Shown: piece after piece, positions 14,365 through 27,700 of the stretch
Layout of the letters: the number at the start of each line of letters is the position of its first letter
Position numbering within the stretch: the stretch's first letter is position 1
DNA from: Haliotis rufescens
Lineage: Eukaryota
Assembly (NCBI RefSeq): GCF_023055435.1
Contig: NW_025964372.1
Span: 13,640,001-13,704,000 of the forward strand
Direction of reading: 5' to 3'
DNA: 64,000 bases
Position numbers and translations under genes: made by a program
Notes under the pieces: model-generated
What the model saw: only the letters and a program-made list of their open reading frames with translations
The model's database searches: none
What the model was told of the DNA's origin: nothing

Positions 14365-14790
14365 ATGTTCAAACACTAACGACTGTGACCAGTTCACGAG
14401 TACCTTCGTTGCTATGTTCAAACACTAACGACTGCTGACCAGTTCACGAGTTCCTTCGTTGCTATGTTCAAACACTAACGACTGATGACCAGTTCACGAG
14501 TTCCTTCGTTGCTATTGTCAAACACTAACGACCGATGACCAGTTCACGAGTCTCTCCGTTGCTATGTTCAAACACTAACGACTGATGACCAGTTCACGAG
14601 TTCCTTCGTTGCTATGTTCAAACACTAACGTATGTGACCAGTTCACGAGTTCCTTCGTTGCTATTTTCAAACACTAACAACTGTTCACAGTTGATGAGTT
14701 CCTTCGTTGCTATTACAGACACACACGACTGAAGAGAAGTTCACGAGTTCCTTCTTTGCTGTGTTCAAACACTTAACGACTGATCACCAG
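14365..14790. repeat. 50-bp minisatellite (~8 copies)
   Basis: Unit gttcaaacactaacgactgatgaccagttcacgagttccttcgttgctat. Confidence 0.9.
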
Positions 14791-15607
14791 CTGAGGACTG
14801 CTCTGTTAGATTAAACCGTTCCAAGTCACCAGTCATCAATCATGTGAAAAAATGTCAGATATGAAAACATTTTTAATAACCACCAATGCCTCGTTTCACA
14901 ATACGATAATAGCACAGAGACGATGTAATTTTACGCCTTACCATAGCCTCTACGTGTAATTTGCTCCTCGACCAATCTGTGCATTGTGATACTTGTGAAG
15001 CAGGATTAAGCGTCTTGTCCCAACCTATCACCACCACAGCTCCCTGACAATAGGCCGAGAAGGTCGAGTAATTTCTGTATGTCAACATCACAATACAGTG
15101 ACGCTGACATTCTTTAAATAAGCCCATGGAAGGTTCACCGGAAGTGCACAGCTTGAGGAACGACATTGACTTTATGGAGCAGTTCAAAATTTCAATGACA
15201 GATAAAAAAAACACACCTTATTCCTGAATGTTTTATAACATTTTGGGTGGGTGGGGGATGTTTGGGTGGGAGAGGTGTAATAGATCTTCAAGTTTTCCAT
15301 CGGACAAAACATAATCGTGGGGGGGAACAGGTTTGACACTTCTAATCGTCCCATAATCGGCATCTCAATTGTGGGTAAATAGTTTTGAAATACATGGTAG
15401 TTTTAAAAACCTTATTAAGTGTGTTAGTGTTGGAAAATATGCAATGGTGAAATACTTTGTGTGTATTTCTTTCAGAAGGAATCTTGCTGAGGATATCAAC
15501 ATTATCACTGTTGTTAAGTATTAACGTGGAAGGGGTATGTCCCAAAACGAGAGTGTTTTTTTAACCAGTAACTTTTAAACTGCTACCTAAGGTCGTCCTT
15601 GTTAAGT

Positions 15608-15735
15608 CTCAGGTATGTATGTCATCCTTGTTCAGACTTTGGCGTGATGTCCTCAGGTATGTATGTCATCCTTGTTCAGACTTTGGCGTGATGTCCTCAG
15701 GTATGTATGTCATCCTTGTTCAGACTTTGGCGTGA
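15608..15735. repeat. 44-bp tandem triplication containing the CrAT stop codon
   Basis: Unit ctcaggtatgtatgtcatccttgttcagactttggcgtgatgtc at 15608, 15652 and 15696. Confidence 0.9.
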
Positions 15736-18700
15736 GGCCCTCCGAGTAAAGTTTGTATGTCGTCGAGACACTGTTTCATGGTTGATGCTAAACGTTTTGA
15801 GTCGGTCTGTGGACAGCTGAGGTACGAGGAGACCGAAAAGGCTATCCAGGAGGCGTGGGGACTGTAGCACACACCGTACCCATCGGGGACCACAGCTCCG
15901 AACCCCAGAACCATGTCGTGCAGCACGGGAACCTGACAAGGAGTATACAAATGGTCAGTCCCTCATTTACAGGTTGTTTCTCCCAACCGAGTTTGTGTGT
16001 TAATTGTTTAACGCCAAACCCAGCAATATTCCAGCTATATGACGGCGGTCTGTAAATAATCGAGTCTGGACCAGACAATCGGAGTAAGTGAGTGAGTTAG
16101 ACTTAACGCTGCGTTTATGAGTATTCAGTGTCAGCTTATCTAGGGAGGAAAGCCCAATGTGTCCAGGTCACAGACTGTTGCCACGTTCAGGCGCGTAGTT
16201 GCTTATATGCACAAAAGGCACGTACCTACACTTAGATATTTCTTAGGGAAATATCTTTTTATTTTTATAAATGTTTTTGTAGCTGGGTATCAGTGTACTA
16301 GTGAGAATGATCTCCCCTGTGTTTGAGTGAATGAGAGTATGGTTTGACGCCGCTTTCAGCAATATTCCAGCAATATCACGGCAGGGGGACACCAAAAATG
16401 AGCTTCACACATTGTACCCATGTGGGGAATCGAACCCGGGTCTTTGGAGTGCAAGCGAACGATTTAACCACTAGGCCGACCGCCCCCACCCTGTGTGTGC
16501 ACAAAGACATTCCTGTTAGCATTCAACAAGACATGGAATAGTTTGCTGGTTTGAAAAACAGATGCCTTGACTTCATTTGAGATTGAAACAGACTATGGAA
16601 GACTGCAGAGTCTTCAGGCGTGACCTTCCCAAGCAGGAAGCTCTTCTATGACTCTCTCCTATCTAGCAAAATAATTGGTTCACAGCTTATCTATAATAAT
16701 GCATAAGGGTTAATCTGTTTCTTAACATCTGAATTAGCGCGAATGAGACGGGTGCAGAAACAGCAATGGTTGTATTGCAATGATTGAACATGTATATATG
16801 ATATGTGAACTAATTGCGAACGTTTGTTCAACCCCAAAGAGCACTAAGTTACAAACACGTCAAAACGGTCCATTTGAGCCCAAATGGTACATTCCTGGTG
16901 TAATTGAGTCGAATATAGAAAACAGACCAAAATAAAGTTTACCTTACTGCTTACCTCCAAACCTAAAATGTCAGAGTTGGTTGGTTGGTTGGTTTGTTGT
17001 TTAACGCCGCACTCAGCAATATCCCAGCTGTATGACGGCGGTCTGTAAATAATCGAGTCTGGACCAGACAATCCAGTGATTGATATCATGAGCATCAATC
17101 CACGCATTTGGGATCGATGACACGCATCAACCAAGTCAGCGAGCCTGACCACCCGATCCCGTTAGTCGCCTTTTACGACAAGCATGGGTTAAAATGTCAG
17201 AGAGAAATAATACTTCGAGTGATTGCTAACTATTGCTGATTAAAAAGGCAAGGGAAATCTTGAACTTCTACTACAACCCCACTTGTGCATAGGGCCAGGA
17301 TAATTAGAGTGAATTACAGTACTACCTGACTTGTGGATAGTTTGAAGTAGAAGAACTTGGAGTAACCGACGTCAGAATGGAGTTCAGGTACGCCAAGACC
17401 GGCTTCTGCAGCAGCGAGCTTCCAGCCTAGTAAATGACGGTCAATGCCATTGCCACTGATGACCTGTAAAGGAGTCACACTTTCCACTACAACACAAGTA
17501 CACTCACTACCAACAGAATAGTATTTGTTGACTGAAACCTCACATCTTCGTCGGTTATCCATTGATTATATCTCCATACCAATTTCATTAAAATTAGATC
17601 TTAGTGTTCGCCACCGCCACACAGAGGTCAGAGTGAGTGAGTATGGTTTTAAGCCGCTTTTAGCAATATTCCAGCAATATCATGGCGGGGGGAGGGGGCA
17701 CCAGAAATGGGCTTCACACATTGTACCAATGTCGGGAATCGAACCCGGGTCTTCGGCGTGACTAGCGAACGCTTTAACCAGTAGGATACCCGACCGCCCC
17801 CCACCGAGGTCTGAGGACATCCCTTTACAGATCACACCAGAACGACCTTCCCAAATTTTGAACGACCAATGAAATGACTAAGAAGAAGTTGACAATCATT
17901 AAGCACTTTTCTCAAGCGTTACGGTACTAGTTTCAAAATGGCGACTGAATGTATCAAGACTAACCTTTTAAAAATATTTTGACAAAGTTCTCAAACTGAA
18001 CAAAAGAAAATTCCTGAATATCTAACAGATGGCCGAAATACTTCCCACCGGCTATGGAAAGTCTTTCCGTCACAAATGTTTGTCCCATTTAAGCGAGAGG
18101 TAGATGACATTACCGGAATTGTCATTAGGAGTACCCCCATGTTAACGTGGCATGAGGTTGCATGATTAGAAAACATATTTTCTGTCTGTCACTTTCCGGA
18201 TCTGGTAAGCGACGCTCTGATTGGTAGGATGAAAGGTTGTTCTGACCTCGGGAGGACACACATTGAACTTGACAATATAATACAATGTAAATTGTCAAAC
18301 ATGTTATGATAACAGGGTATGTTCCATATCACGCGGATACTAGTAATTTGGATAATATTTATTTTATAAGAAATAAAAATAACTGACACACCGACGCCCG
18401 AGAAGTAATTCTTTATTTGCCTGAGTTAATATTACAGACTCCGCACACCAACAAGTACCTACCTGATCGGTGTATTTCCGGTGTGCTACGACAGCCTTCT
18501 TGAAGAGCTCCACCTTGACCTCGCGAGAGACGGACCGGTCCTCCATGGCCCGGGTGAAGTTGTGAGAATCCACGGAGCAGGACCTGATGGTGTCTGTCCG
18601 CCCCTGCTGGAACCTGCGCAGCGACCCAGACTCGTACGTGGCACAGGGCTCGTCATACAACCTTCACAGAGGACAACACAGTATTAAAGGCTACAGGTCT

Positions 18701-21700
18701 GGTGGAGGAGAAAGACTGCACATAGTGTGACTGAAGCAGGTCAGCTGTGTATCACCTGAAGTAGGCCAACTGTGTACACACCTGAAGTAGGCCAACTGTG
18801 TACTCACCTGAAGTAGGCCAACTGTGTACTCACCTGAAGTAGGCCAATTGTGTACCCACCTGAAGTAGGCCAACTGTGTACTCACCTGAAGTAGGCCAAC
18901 TGTGAACCCAGAAGTAGGCCAACTGTGTACCCACCTGAAGTAGGCCAACTGTGAACCCACCTGAAGTAGGCCAACTGTGTACCCACCTGAAGTAGGCCAA
19001 CTGTGTACTCACCTGAAGTAGGCCAACTGTGTACTCACCTGAAGTAGGCCAACTGTGAACCCACCTGAAGTAGGCCAACTGTGTACCCACCTGAAGTAGG
19101 CAAACTGTGTACCCACCTGAAGTAGGCCAACTGTGTACCCACCTGAAGTAGGCCAACTGTGTACTCACCTGAAGTAGGCCAACTGTGTACTCACCTGAAG
19201 TAGGCCAACTGTGAACCCACCTGAAGTAGGCCAACTGTGTACCCACCTGAAGTAGGCAAACTGTGTACCCACCTGAAGTAGGCCAACTGTGTACCCACCT
19301 GAAGTAGGCCAACTGTGTACTCACCTGAAGTAGGCCAACTGTGAACCCACCTGAAGTAGGCCAACTGTGTACCCACCTGAAGTAGGTCAACTGTGTATAT
19401 ATACTCACCTGAAGTAGGCTACTGTGAACTCAGCTGAAGTAGGCCAACTGTGAAATCACCTGAAGTAGGCCAACTGTGTACTCACCTGAAGTAGGCTACT
19501 GTGAACCCAGCTGAAGTAGGCCAACTGTGAAATAACCTGAAGTAGGCCAACTGTGTACTCACCTGAAGTAGGCCAACTGTGAACCCACCTGAAGTAGGCC
19601 AACTGTGTACCCACCTGAAGTAGGCCAACTGTGTACTCACCTGAAGTAGGCTACTGTGAACCCAGCTGAAGTAGGCCAACTGTGAAATCACCTGAAGTAG
19701 GCCAACTGTGTACTCACCTGAAGTAGGCTACTGTGAACCCAGCTGAAGTAGGCCAACTGTGAAATAACCTGAAGTAGGCCAACTGTGTACTCACCTGAAG
19801 TAGGCCAACTGAAGGACGACCTGTACATAGCCATCAGGACTGAGTTGGACAGACTTGGGGAAATCCCTGCCGTACCTGTCGTACACCCACACCTGCATGT
19901 CTACATCGTTCACCAACCTGAAACAGATGTAGAAATCCCAGTCTTCAGCTAAGTCACTCGGATAACCATAACTGCATCAGTTTGTGGATTGCCTCACTCA
20001 TGGATTGTCCAAGCGTTCAGTATCTGAGGACCACAAACCACCTCATCTTTGGTTTAGGAAGGGTTCTGCTTTAATGACATCTAATGACCCCACTAATGAC
20101 TCATACATTCGGACGCTTTATAGGAGATCGGGTGTACTAAAAGTAAAAATGCACTGCAATTAAAACACTTTGAGCCGCTTCTAGGCTCGATTGTAACAAG
20201 TATTTGCAAACATTATAATACTCCGTTTCATCTCTGGTTAGATTTTACAAAATGGTAAGACCTCCGCCCGTATCCCCCTCCAAACGTTGTATATGTATGC
20301 ATAGCCGCTCAATCCTTTTATTTATATATACTTTTGAGGGGGGATACGAGCGGAAGTCTTACCTGAAATAATTATTGTTTTTTTTCAATTAACCGATCAT
20401 GCACTTATTGTACATTCGCATCTGAATTATTGTCTTTCACATTGTTGAAAGTTATAGCTGCGTGTTGCAGGGGCGAAACTGACACGGCAACGGCCGAGTC
20501 CACTTCTGTTTAGTGGAGACAACTCAAATATTGATTTTGCTCTATATGACACATTTTCGCAATCTCTTTCGACATATTTGATAATTGGTATCGGTATCGG
20601 TTTCTAAGATAGATAATCGGAAATGCGGGTGATTGTAACCCTCGTCAAGAGAGTGAGTGCGTATTTTTTACTAAACCCCGCATCAGCAATCTTGCAGCTT
20701 TTCGCGGCGCCTCGTCAAGAGAACATTTAAGAGTCTCGCCTTCTCCAGTCTCACTTTCTCTCAAGTCGTTGGTTTCAAAATCACGATCAAAACTTCGGAG
20801 TCATGTTTGATCTCACTAACCTTGCTTACTATCGATCCGTGAACCTTTGACCTTGTTCAACACCTCACCTTATCAAACCCCCGTCTGCAACCCACCACCC
20901 AGACGTAACCATTTCTGTAAAACATGGTATTAAAGACACAACTGTTATTATTACCTATCTGCTTCAACTTTACTTTCAGCAATATTTCTCAGGATATCGC
21001 CAGACAGTTCAGTTAGTAGTTTCCTAGGCGCGGTCATCGCGCCGCTCGCCCTCAGACCTGGAGCTTGGTGCTTCTCACTGTGAAACAATAAATACTGCAT
21101 GTGATGTTGGTTGGAGCCAGGGCACGAACCCAGATATGTGTGTTGACTACAAGTGTACATAATGGGCGGGAACAACAAGAACGTCGTCAGCTGTATCCAT
21201 TGTCACAGCTTGGCTTTAGCATGGGAACAGTTGTTTTTTTCTACAGGCACTCATGACTAATGAGTTCAATATCACATATGTAGACAAATCAGGAGTATTG
21301 AGTCATTGTGCTTATCCTGAGTTTCTACACTATGCTATAAACGCACCCTGACTGTCCCAGTAGATGTCGAATGTATCCCACATATATCCTATGAAGAACA
21401 CCTCTGACAACACTAATACCACTCATATGTGTGTCCAGTTTAATTATCATTATAAAGATAATAATACACCGAATAATCGAGAATGTCTGAGGTGAAATAT
21501 AGTTAAACGTCATGCTCAAGATTATTTCACTTAAATAGCAATTATATGCATGTATGTGTGGCAACTTGTACTGGTCGGAACTAATGCCAGTTTTATGATG
21601 CTAGCCCACTGAGTTTTACCAACTCTTATTTTATCCTTACAATATGGCCGAAATACTACAAGTGAATGGAAACAGCAGGTATACTCCCTGGAAGTAGTGT

Positions 21701-24700
21701 GTGACATATTACCTGTCTACAACTACACTCTGGAGTGCACCAACTTTGCCTTTATAAAGACTACTCTCGGTAATATAAATGGGTTATGTCCTTGTGGGAA
21801 TCTGTCCACATAACATTATAAATACATGCCACGATATGGCTTGTCCAGCTTACTGACCAGAATGCTAGAACGTGCTGGGCAATGGCAGCTATCGGAGGTC
21901 CATCAGCAGGCGTGTGTTCCAGATTCAAACCACAAACTCCTTTCACGCCAATGATGAACTGAAGATAAAAAAAATAGTTGCTTTTATCAGTAAAGAACTG
22001 TCACAAATAGACACATAGAACTGGCTCATGTACCCAAGTACAGTTCATTTGAATAGCATATTATTTATATGTGCTTACATATTTATGTCATAGTAAAACA
22101 GAAGATCTTTTGAGAGACAAAACCGTGAACTCCACTTTGTGCACCTTAAGGAACTAAACCGTTATACCATACATCGTTGTATTGTCCGTTTACTTCACAG
22201 AGAAGTGTTTTAAACAGTGAGATGCAGGTACCAGACATGTAACAAAGATCAACCTGGCAAAAATCATACAACCTGGCACGAATGATATCTGCTGTCGCAT
22301 TTTGAATGCGACATTTGAAGAAGCGAACCTGCAGGATCTTGTCAAAGAACCGGTTGGCAGAGTTCCAGGAACTCCCCCCTCCATGTAACATCTGGGCGAG
22401 ACCGAGGCTCCGGGCGTGGTCACTCCCTGCCGGCGGCTGACCCTCACCGTCCACACACAACACACATATGCTCCTCTGTATGTCCTCCATTGCCGACCTG
22501 TTAGCCTGGTCTGTAAACATACGGACGCCTTTTAACGGCAATACTGGTGTTGCATATAATATATCATACTGACGCGCTTATATGGCAAACACGGGTTTAA
22601 GTAGTGTTTCTAAATGGTGATCATAGTTTTGCTGGTTTGTTTATTGTTTAACGCCGCAATACCCCAGCTATATGACGGCGGTCTGTAAATAATCGATTCT
22701 AGACCAGACAGTCCAGTGATTAATATCATGAGCATCGATCCACGCAATTGGGATCGATAACATGCATCAGCAAAGTCACCGAGTCTGACCACACGATCCC
22801 GTTAGTCGCATCTTACGACAAGCATAGTAGTCGCCTCTTACGGTAAGCATGGGTTGCTGAAGACCTATTCTACCCCGGATCTTCACAGGTCGGTGATCAT
22901 AGTACATACAAACGTCTTTAAATGGTACCGAATTCGTTTCCCAAGTTTAAAAAGCCAATTAATGAGGATCGGTTGATTTCAAAATGTGACCAGCGGTCGT
23001 TCTCATAAAGCGATCTTTGCTACGAATTTTGAAACTTTAACACAGACCTACACATCGTTGCGCTACTATCGATGTACAAGTGGACTCTGATTGATAACGT
23101 GTCACCGAATGACAACAATGCTAACTGAGACACAAAACTCCCTTGAACGGTGAACACCCTGAAGGGTTCCTATCTTCTGACGACACCCTACATTAGCTGT
23201 AAGGATGGCGGCGTAGGATGGTGAGTAAATGTTGGTCAGTCGCCTGTGTTTACAGAGTAGACAACGATAACCTCACGAACTATCCCATTGTTCCCAACAG
23301 TCGATGCCCTACTGGCTGCGACGATTGAGGACTCAAGTTATGGAGTAACTGAAAGCTTTTCTGCAAAACAGTTTCAAAATGTTACGTAAACTCCTTTGAT
23401 TTAAAACTAATAAGAACGAATGTTTTGAGTTAATTACAGCAGTTCTTGTGACGTTGTGCATCAGTTGAGGCTTACCGCTGATGATGGTGCTGTAGTTTCT
23501 GGCCCAGCTGGCCCTGTCCCTCGTGGTGAGGATGCCGATGGAGGGGACGGGCTTAGGGGACATCTCCACAATGGTCTCCAGCTGCTGGTAAAGTTGCACA
23601 GTGTCGAGAGGCCGGCTGTCCTCCCCATACACGTCCAGAGAGAAGACCTGTAGCAATGACTTTAATGATGCTCAGCGTTTGCTTGGCATCATGTCACACA
23701 GTCATGCATGTAGTTAGATATGTTGCAGAGCTGACAAACGCTATCAGACTTTTAACATGAATTCGGCTTCCATGAGAGGATCCCTACATGAATGGGCGTT
23801 TTCTTTGTCAGGTTATACATTCGGTCTTGGTCCATTTTGCAAGACATAAATCATTGGCATACCGCCAATTTCATAGTGGGAGTTAAAAACATGTTGTACC
23901 TTTCACAGTAATTTCGAGATGAAAAAAGAAAGACGGGCAAATAGTAATGCTTTCATGGATGTGTATTGTGTCTGTGTCAACCTACTTGGTTATTGTGAAG
24001 CACCGTGATGTGTCTTGGTGGGTTGGGTCCCGTTGTTGGATGTAGCACGTGGTTATCCAACTCCACCCCGGGAATACGACAGCCAGAAAGCATCTGAGAG
24101 TGTTGTGACATGCATAGCCTCTGGCCGCCCATCATGTCCACGGTTAGCGTCTGCCTACACAGTTGCGAGGGCGAAGCAAAGTTACAAAATGGCGGAGATA
24201 CCATATTATGAAAGCAGAAGAATTCCGCTTCTTGAATGTATGTTTCAGAGTACAGGTCGGTAGGCTAGACTCATTTTTTAATTGTGCGGTAACTTTGCGC
24301 CTTAAGGAAGGCCAAGAATAGGTACTTAGTGCGCTAGGACTTACCTGTCTAAAAAACTGTGTCGTCAAGTGAAGGCATCGAGGCCGCTACGCCTTACCCA
24401 TCTATAACACTGTGGTCAAGTGAAGGCATCAATGTCGCTAGGAATTACCCATCTATAACACTGTGGTCAAGTGAAGGCACCAATGTCGCTAGGAATTACC
24501 CATCTATAACACTGTGTGGTCAAATGAAGGCATCAAGGTCGCTAGGTCTTACCCATCTATAACACTGTGTTGTCAGGTGAAGGCAACAAGGTCGCTAGGT
24601 CTTACCCATCTATAACACTGTGGTAAAATGAAGGCATCAAGGTCGCTAGGTCTTACCCATCTATAACACTCTGTGGTCAAGTGAAGGCAACAAGGTCGCT

Positions 24701-27700
24701 AGGTCTTATCCGTCTATAACACTGGTCAAATGAAGGCAACAAGGTCGCTAGGTCTTATCCGTCTATAACACTGTGTGGTCAGGTGAAGGCACCAATGTCG
24801 CTAGGAATTACCCGTCTATAACACTCTGTGGTCAAGTGAAGGCAACAAGGTCGCTAGGTCTTATCCGTCTATAACACTGTGTGGTCAGGTGAAGGCAACA
24901 AGGTCGCTAGGTCTTACCCATCTATCATAGCTTTATAGTCCAGTACTGCAGCAACTACCTTGGCAGCGAATCTGAAAGCGATATGGAACACTCACAAGAA
25001 ATTGATTACTGGCAACTACCTTATTACCATACTATAAGCTAACTTACTGAATCTACATTGATTGACTAGGGACATCGAGTACCTCGCCATTTTAACACAA
25101 TAAAGAAATGGTGTAACAAGACCTGTTTACAAATAGCTAAACACGTTTACACAGCTGGCGTTAAAGATCGTTACCATGTTTCTCATCTCTATTTTGTCAT
25201 AAAATGTATTTTTCATACTTCCAAAGACAGCACAAGAAACAGTAAACTGATAAAGAGTAAACTGATAAAGAGTAAACTGTTTTGTCATCGTTTTTTAATT
25301 GTAATTCTTAAGGCGGAATGATCAAACCTCAATTGGCCTTCCTTGTCAGTATAGTCCTGTTTCGGGAAGAGAACGGCTCCATTAGAGTAGACGACAACTG
25401 GAGTTCGGGGCTTGAGGTAAGCTACCTCCCTCCACCAGTCAGACAACTTGCGAGAAAACAGAGTGCATGCAAACTTAATTTTAAAACATTTAGTTGCTAT
25501 TCCTTCAAACTGCCCAATGTTATCGCAAGATCAATAGCGAAAGACGTAAAAACAAAAACAGCTTAATGTTTTGTGCATTTGGGGCAAAAGGAAAATCGGA
25601 AAGTACCATTCATAAATTTGAATATGGTTTTCCTTATGTCAAGAAAGACTCGCTACATCCTCGATTATTCAGTGTTTGTTTGTTTGTTGTTTAACGCCAC
25701 ACTCAGCAGTATTCCAGCTATATGACGGCGGTCTGTAAATAATCGAATCTTTAATCTTTAATCGAATCGTCTTTCGAGTTAAAGTTAATTATGCATTTCC
25801 ATTGTGTTTTAGTACAATACACTGGATTAAAGGGGATGGTCTCGCCTTCATTTCGAGTATGCCCTCGGGCCCTGCTTCACCTTGTTCACGCAAACAGTTA
25901 ACCTTGTTGGTATCTACCACCTAGTTCACGCACCAAGTTAACCTTGTTGACATCCCACACCTAGTTCACGCACACAGTTAACGGTGTTGACATCCCACAC
26001 CTAGTTCACGCACACAGTTAACGGTGTTGACATCCCACAAGAAGTTCACGCACACAGTTAACGGTGTTGACATCCCGCACCTAGTTCACGCACACAGTTA
26101 ACGGTGTCGACATACCACACCTAGTTCACGCACACAGTTAACGGTATTGACACCCCACACCTAGTTCACGCACACAGTTAACGGTGTTGACACCCCACAC
26201 CTAGTTCACGCACACAGTTAACGGTATTGACACCCCACACCTAGTTCACGCACACAGTTAACGGTGTCGACATACCACACCTAGTTCACGCACACAGTTA
26301 ACGGTATTGACACCCCACACCTAGTTCACGCACACAGTTAACGGTATTGACACCCCACACCTAGTTCACGCACCAAGTTAACGGTGTTGACATCCCGCAC
26401 CTAGTTCACGCACACAGTTAACGGTGTTGACATCCCACACGAAGTTCACGCACCAAGTTAACGGTGTTGACAACCATACCTAGTTCACGCACACAGTTAA
26501 CGGTGTTGACATCCCACGCCTAGTTCACGCACACAGTTAACGGTGTTGACACCCCATACCTAGTTCACGCACACAGTTAACGGTGTTGACATCCCACGCC
26601 TAGTTCACGCGCACAGTTAACGGTGTTGACATCCCACGCCTAGTTCACGCACACAGTTAACGGTGTTGACATCCCACGCCTAGTTCACGCACACAGTTAA
26701 CGGTGTTGACATCCCATACCTAGTTCACGCACACAGTTAACGGTGTTGACATCCCACACCTAGTTCACGCACACAGTTAACGGTGTTGACATCCCACGCC
26801 TAGTTCACGCACACAGTTAACGGTGTTGACATCCCACACCTAGTTCACGCACACAGTTAACGGTGTTGACATCCCACGCCCAGTTCACGCACACAGTTAA
26901 CGGTGTTGACATCCCACACCTAGTTCACGCACACAGTTAACGGTGTTGACATCCCACGCCTAGTTCACGCACACAGTTAACGGTGTTGACATCCCACGCC
27001 TAGTTCACGCACACAGTTAACGGTGTTGACATCCCACGCCTAGTTCACGCACACAGTTAACGGTGTTGACATCCCGCACTTAGTTCACGCACACAGTTAA
27101 CGGTGTTGACATCCCACGCCTAGTTCACGCACACAGTTAACGGTGTTGACATCCCACACCTAGTTCACGCACACAGTTAACGGTGTTGACATCCCACGCC
27201 TAGTTCACGCACACAGTTAACGGTGTTGACATCCCACACCTAGTTCACGCACACAGTTAACGGTGTTGACATCCCACGCCCAGTTCACGCACACAGTTAA
27301 CGGTGTTGACATCCCACACCTAGTTCACGCACACAGTTAACGGTATTGACACCCCACACCTAGTTCACGCACACAGTTAACGGTGTTGACATACCACACC
27401 TAGTTCACGCACCAAGTTAACGGTGTTGACATCCCGCACCTAGTTCACGCACACAGTTAACGGTGTTGACATCCCACACGAAGTTCACGCACACAGTTAA
27501 CGGTGTTGACACCCCATACCTAGTTCACGCACAGTTAACGGTGTTGACATCCCACGCCTAGTTCACGCACACAGTTAACGGTGTTGACACCCCATACCTA
27601 GTTCACGCACACAGTTAACGGTGTTGACATCCCACGCCCAGTTCACGCACACAGTTAACGGTGTTGACATCCCACACCTAGTTCACGCACACAGTTAACG

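Noticed and set aside
16844-17152. Recurrent short ORFs containing GPDSIIYRPPSYS
   Set aside because: Incidental translations of SINE family A copies
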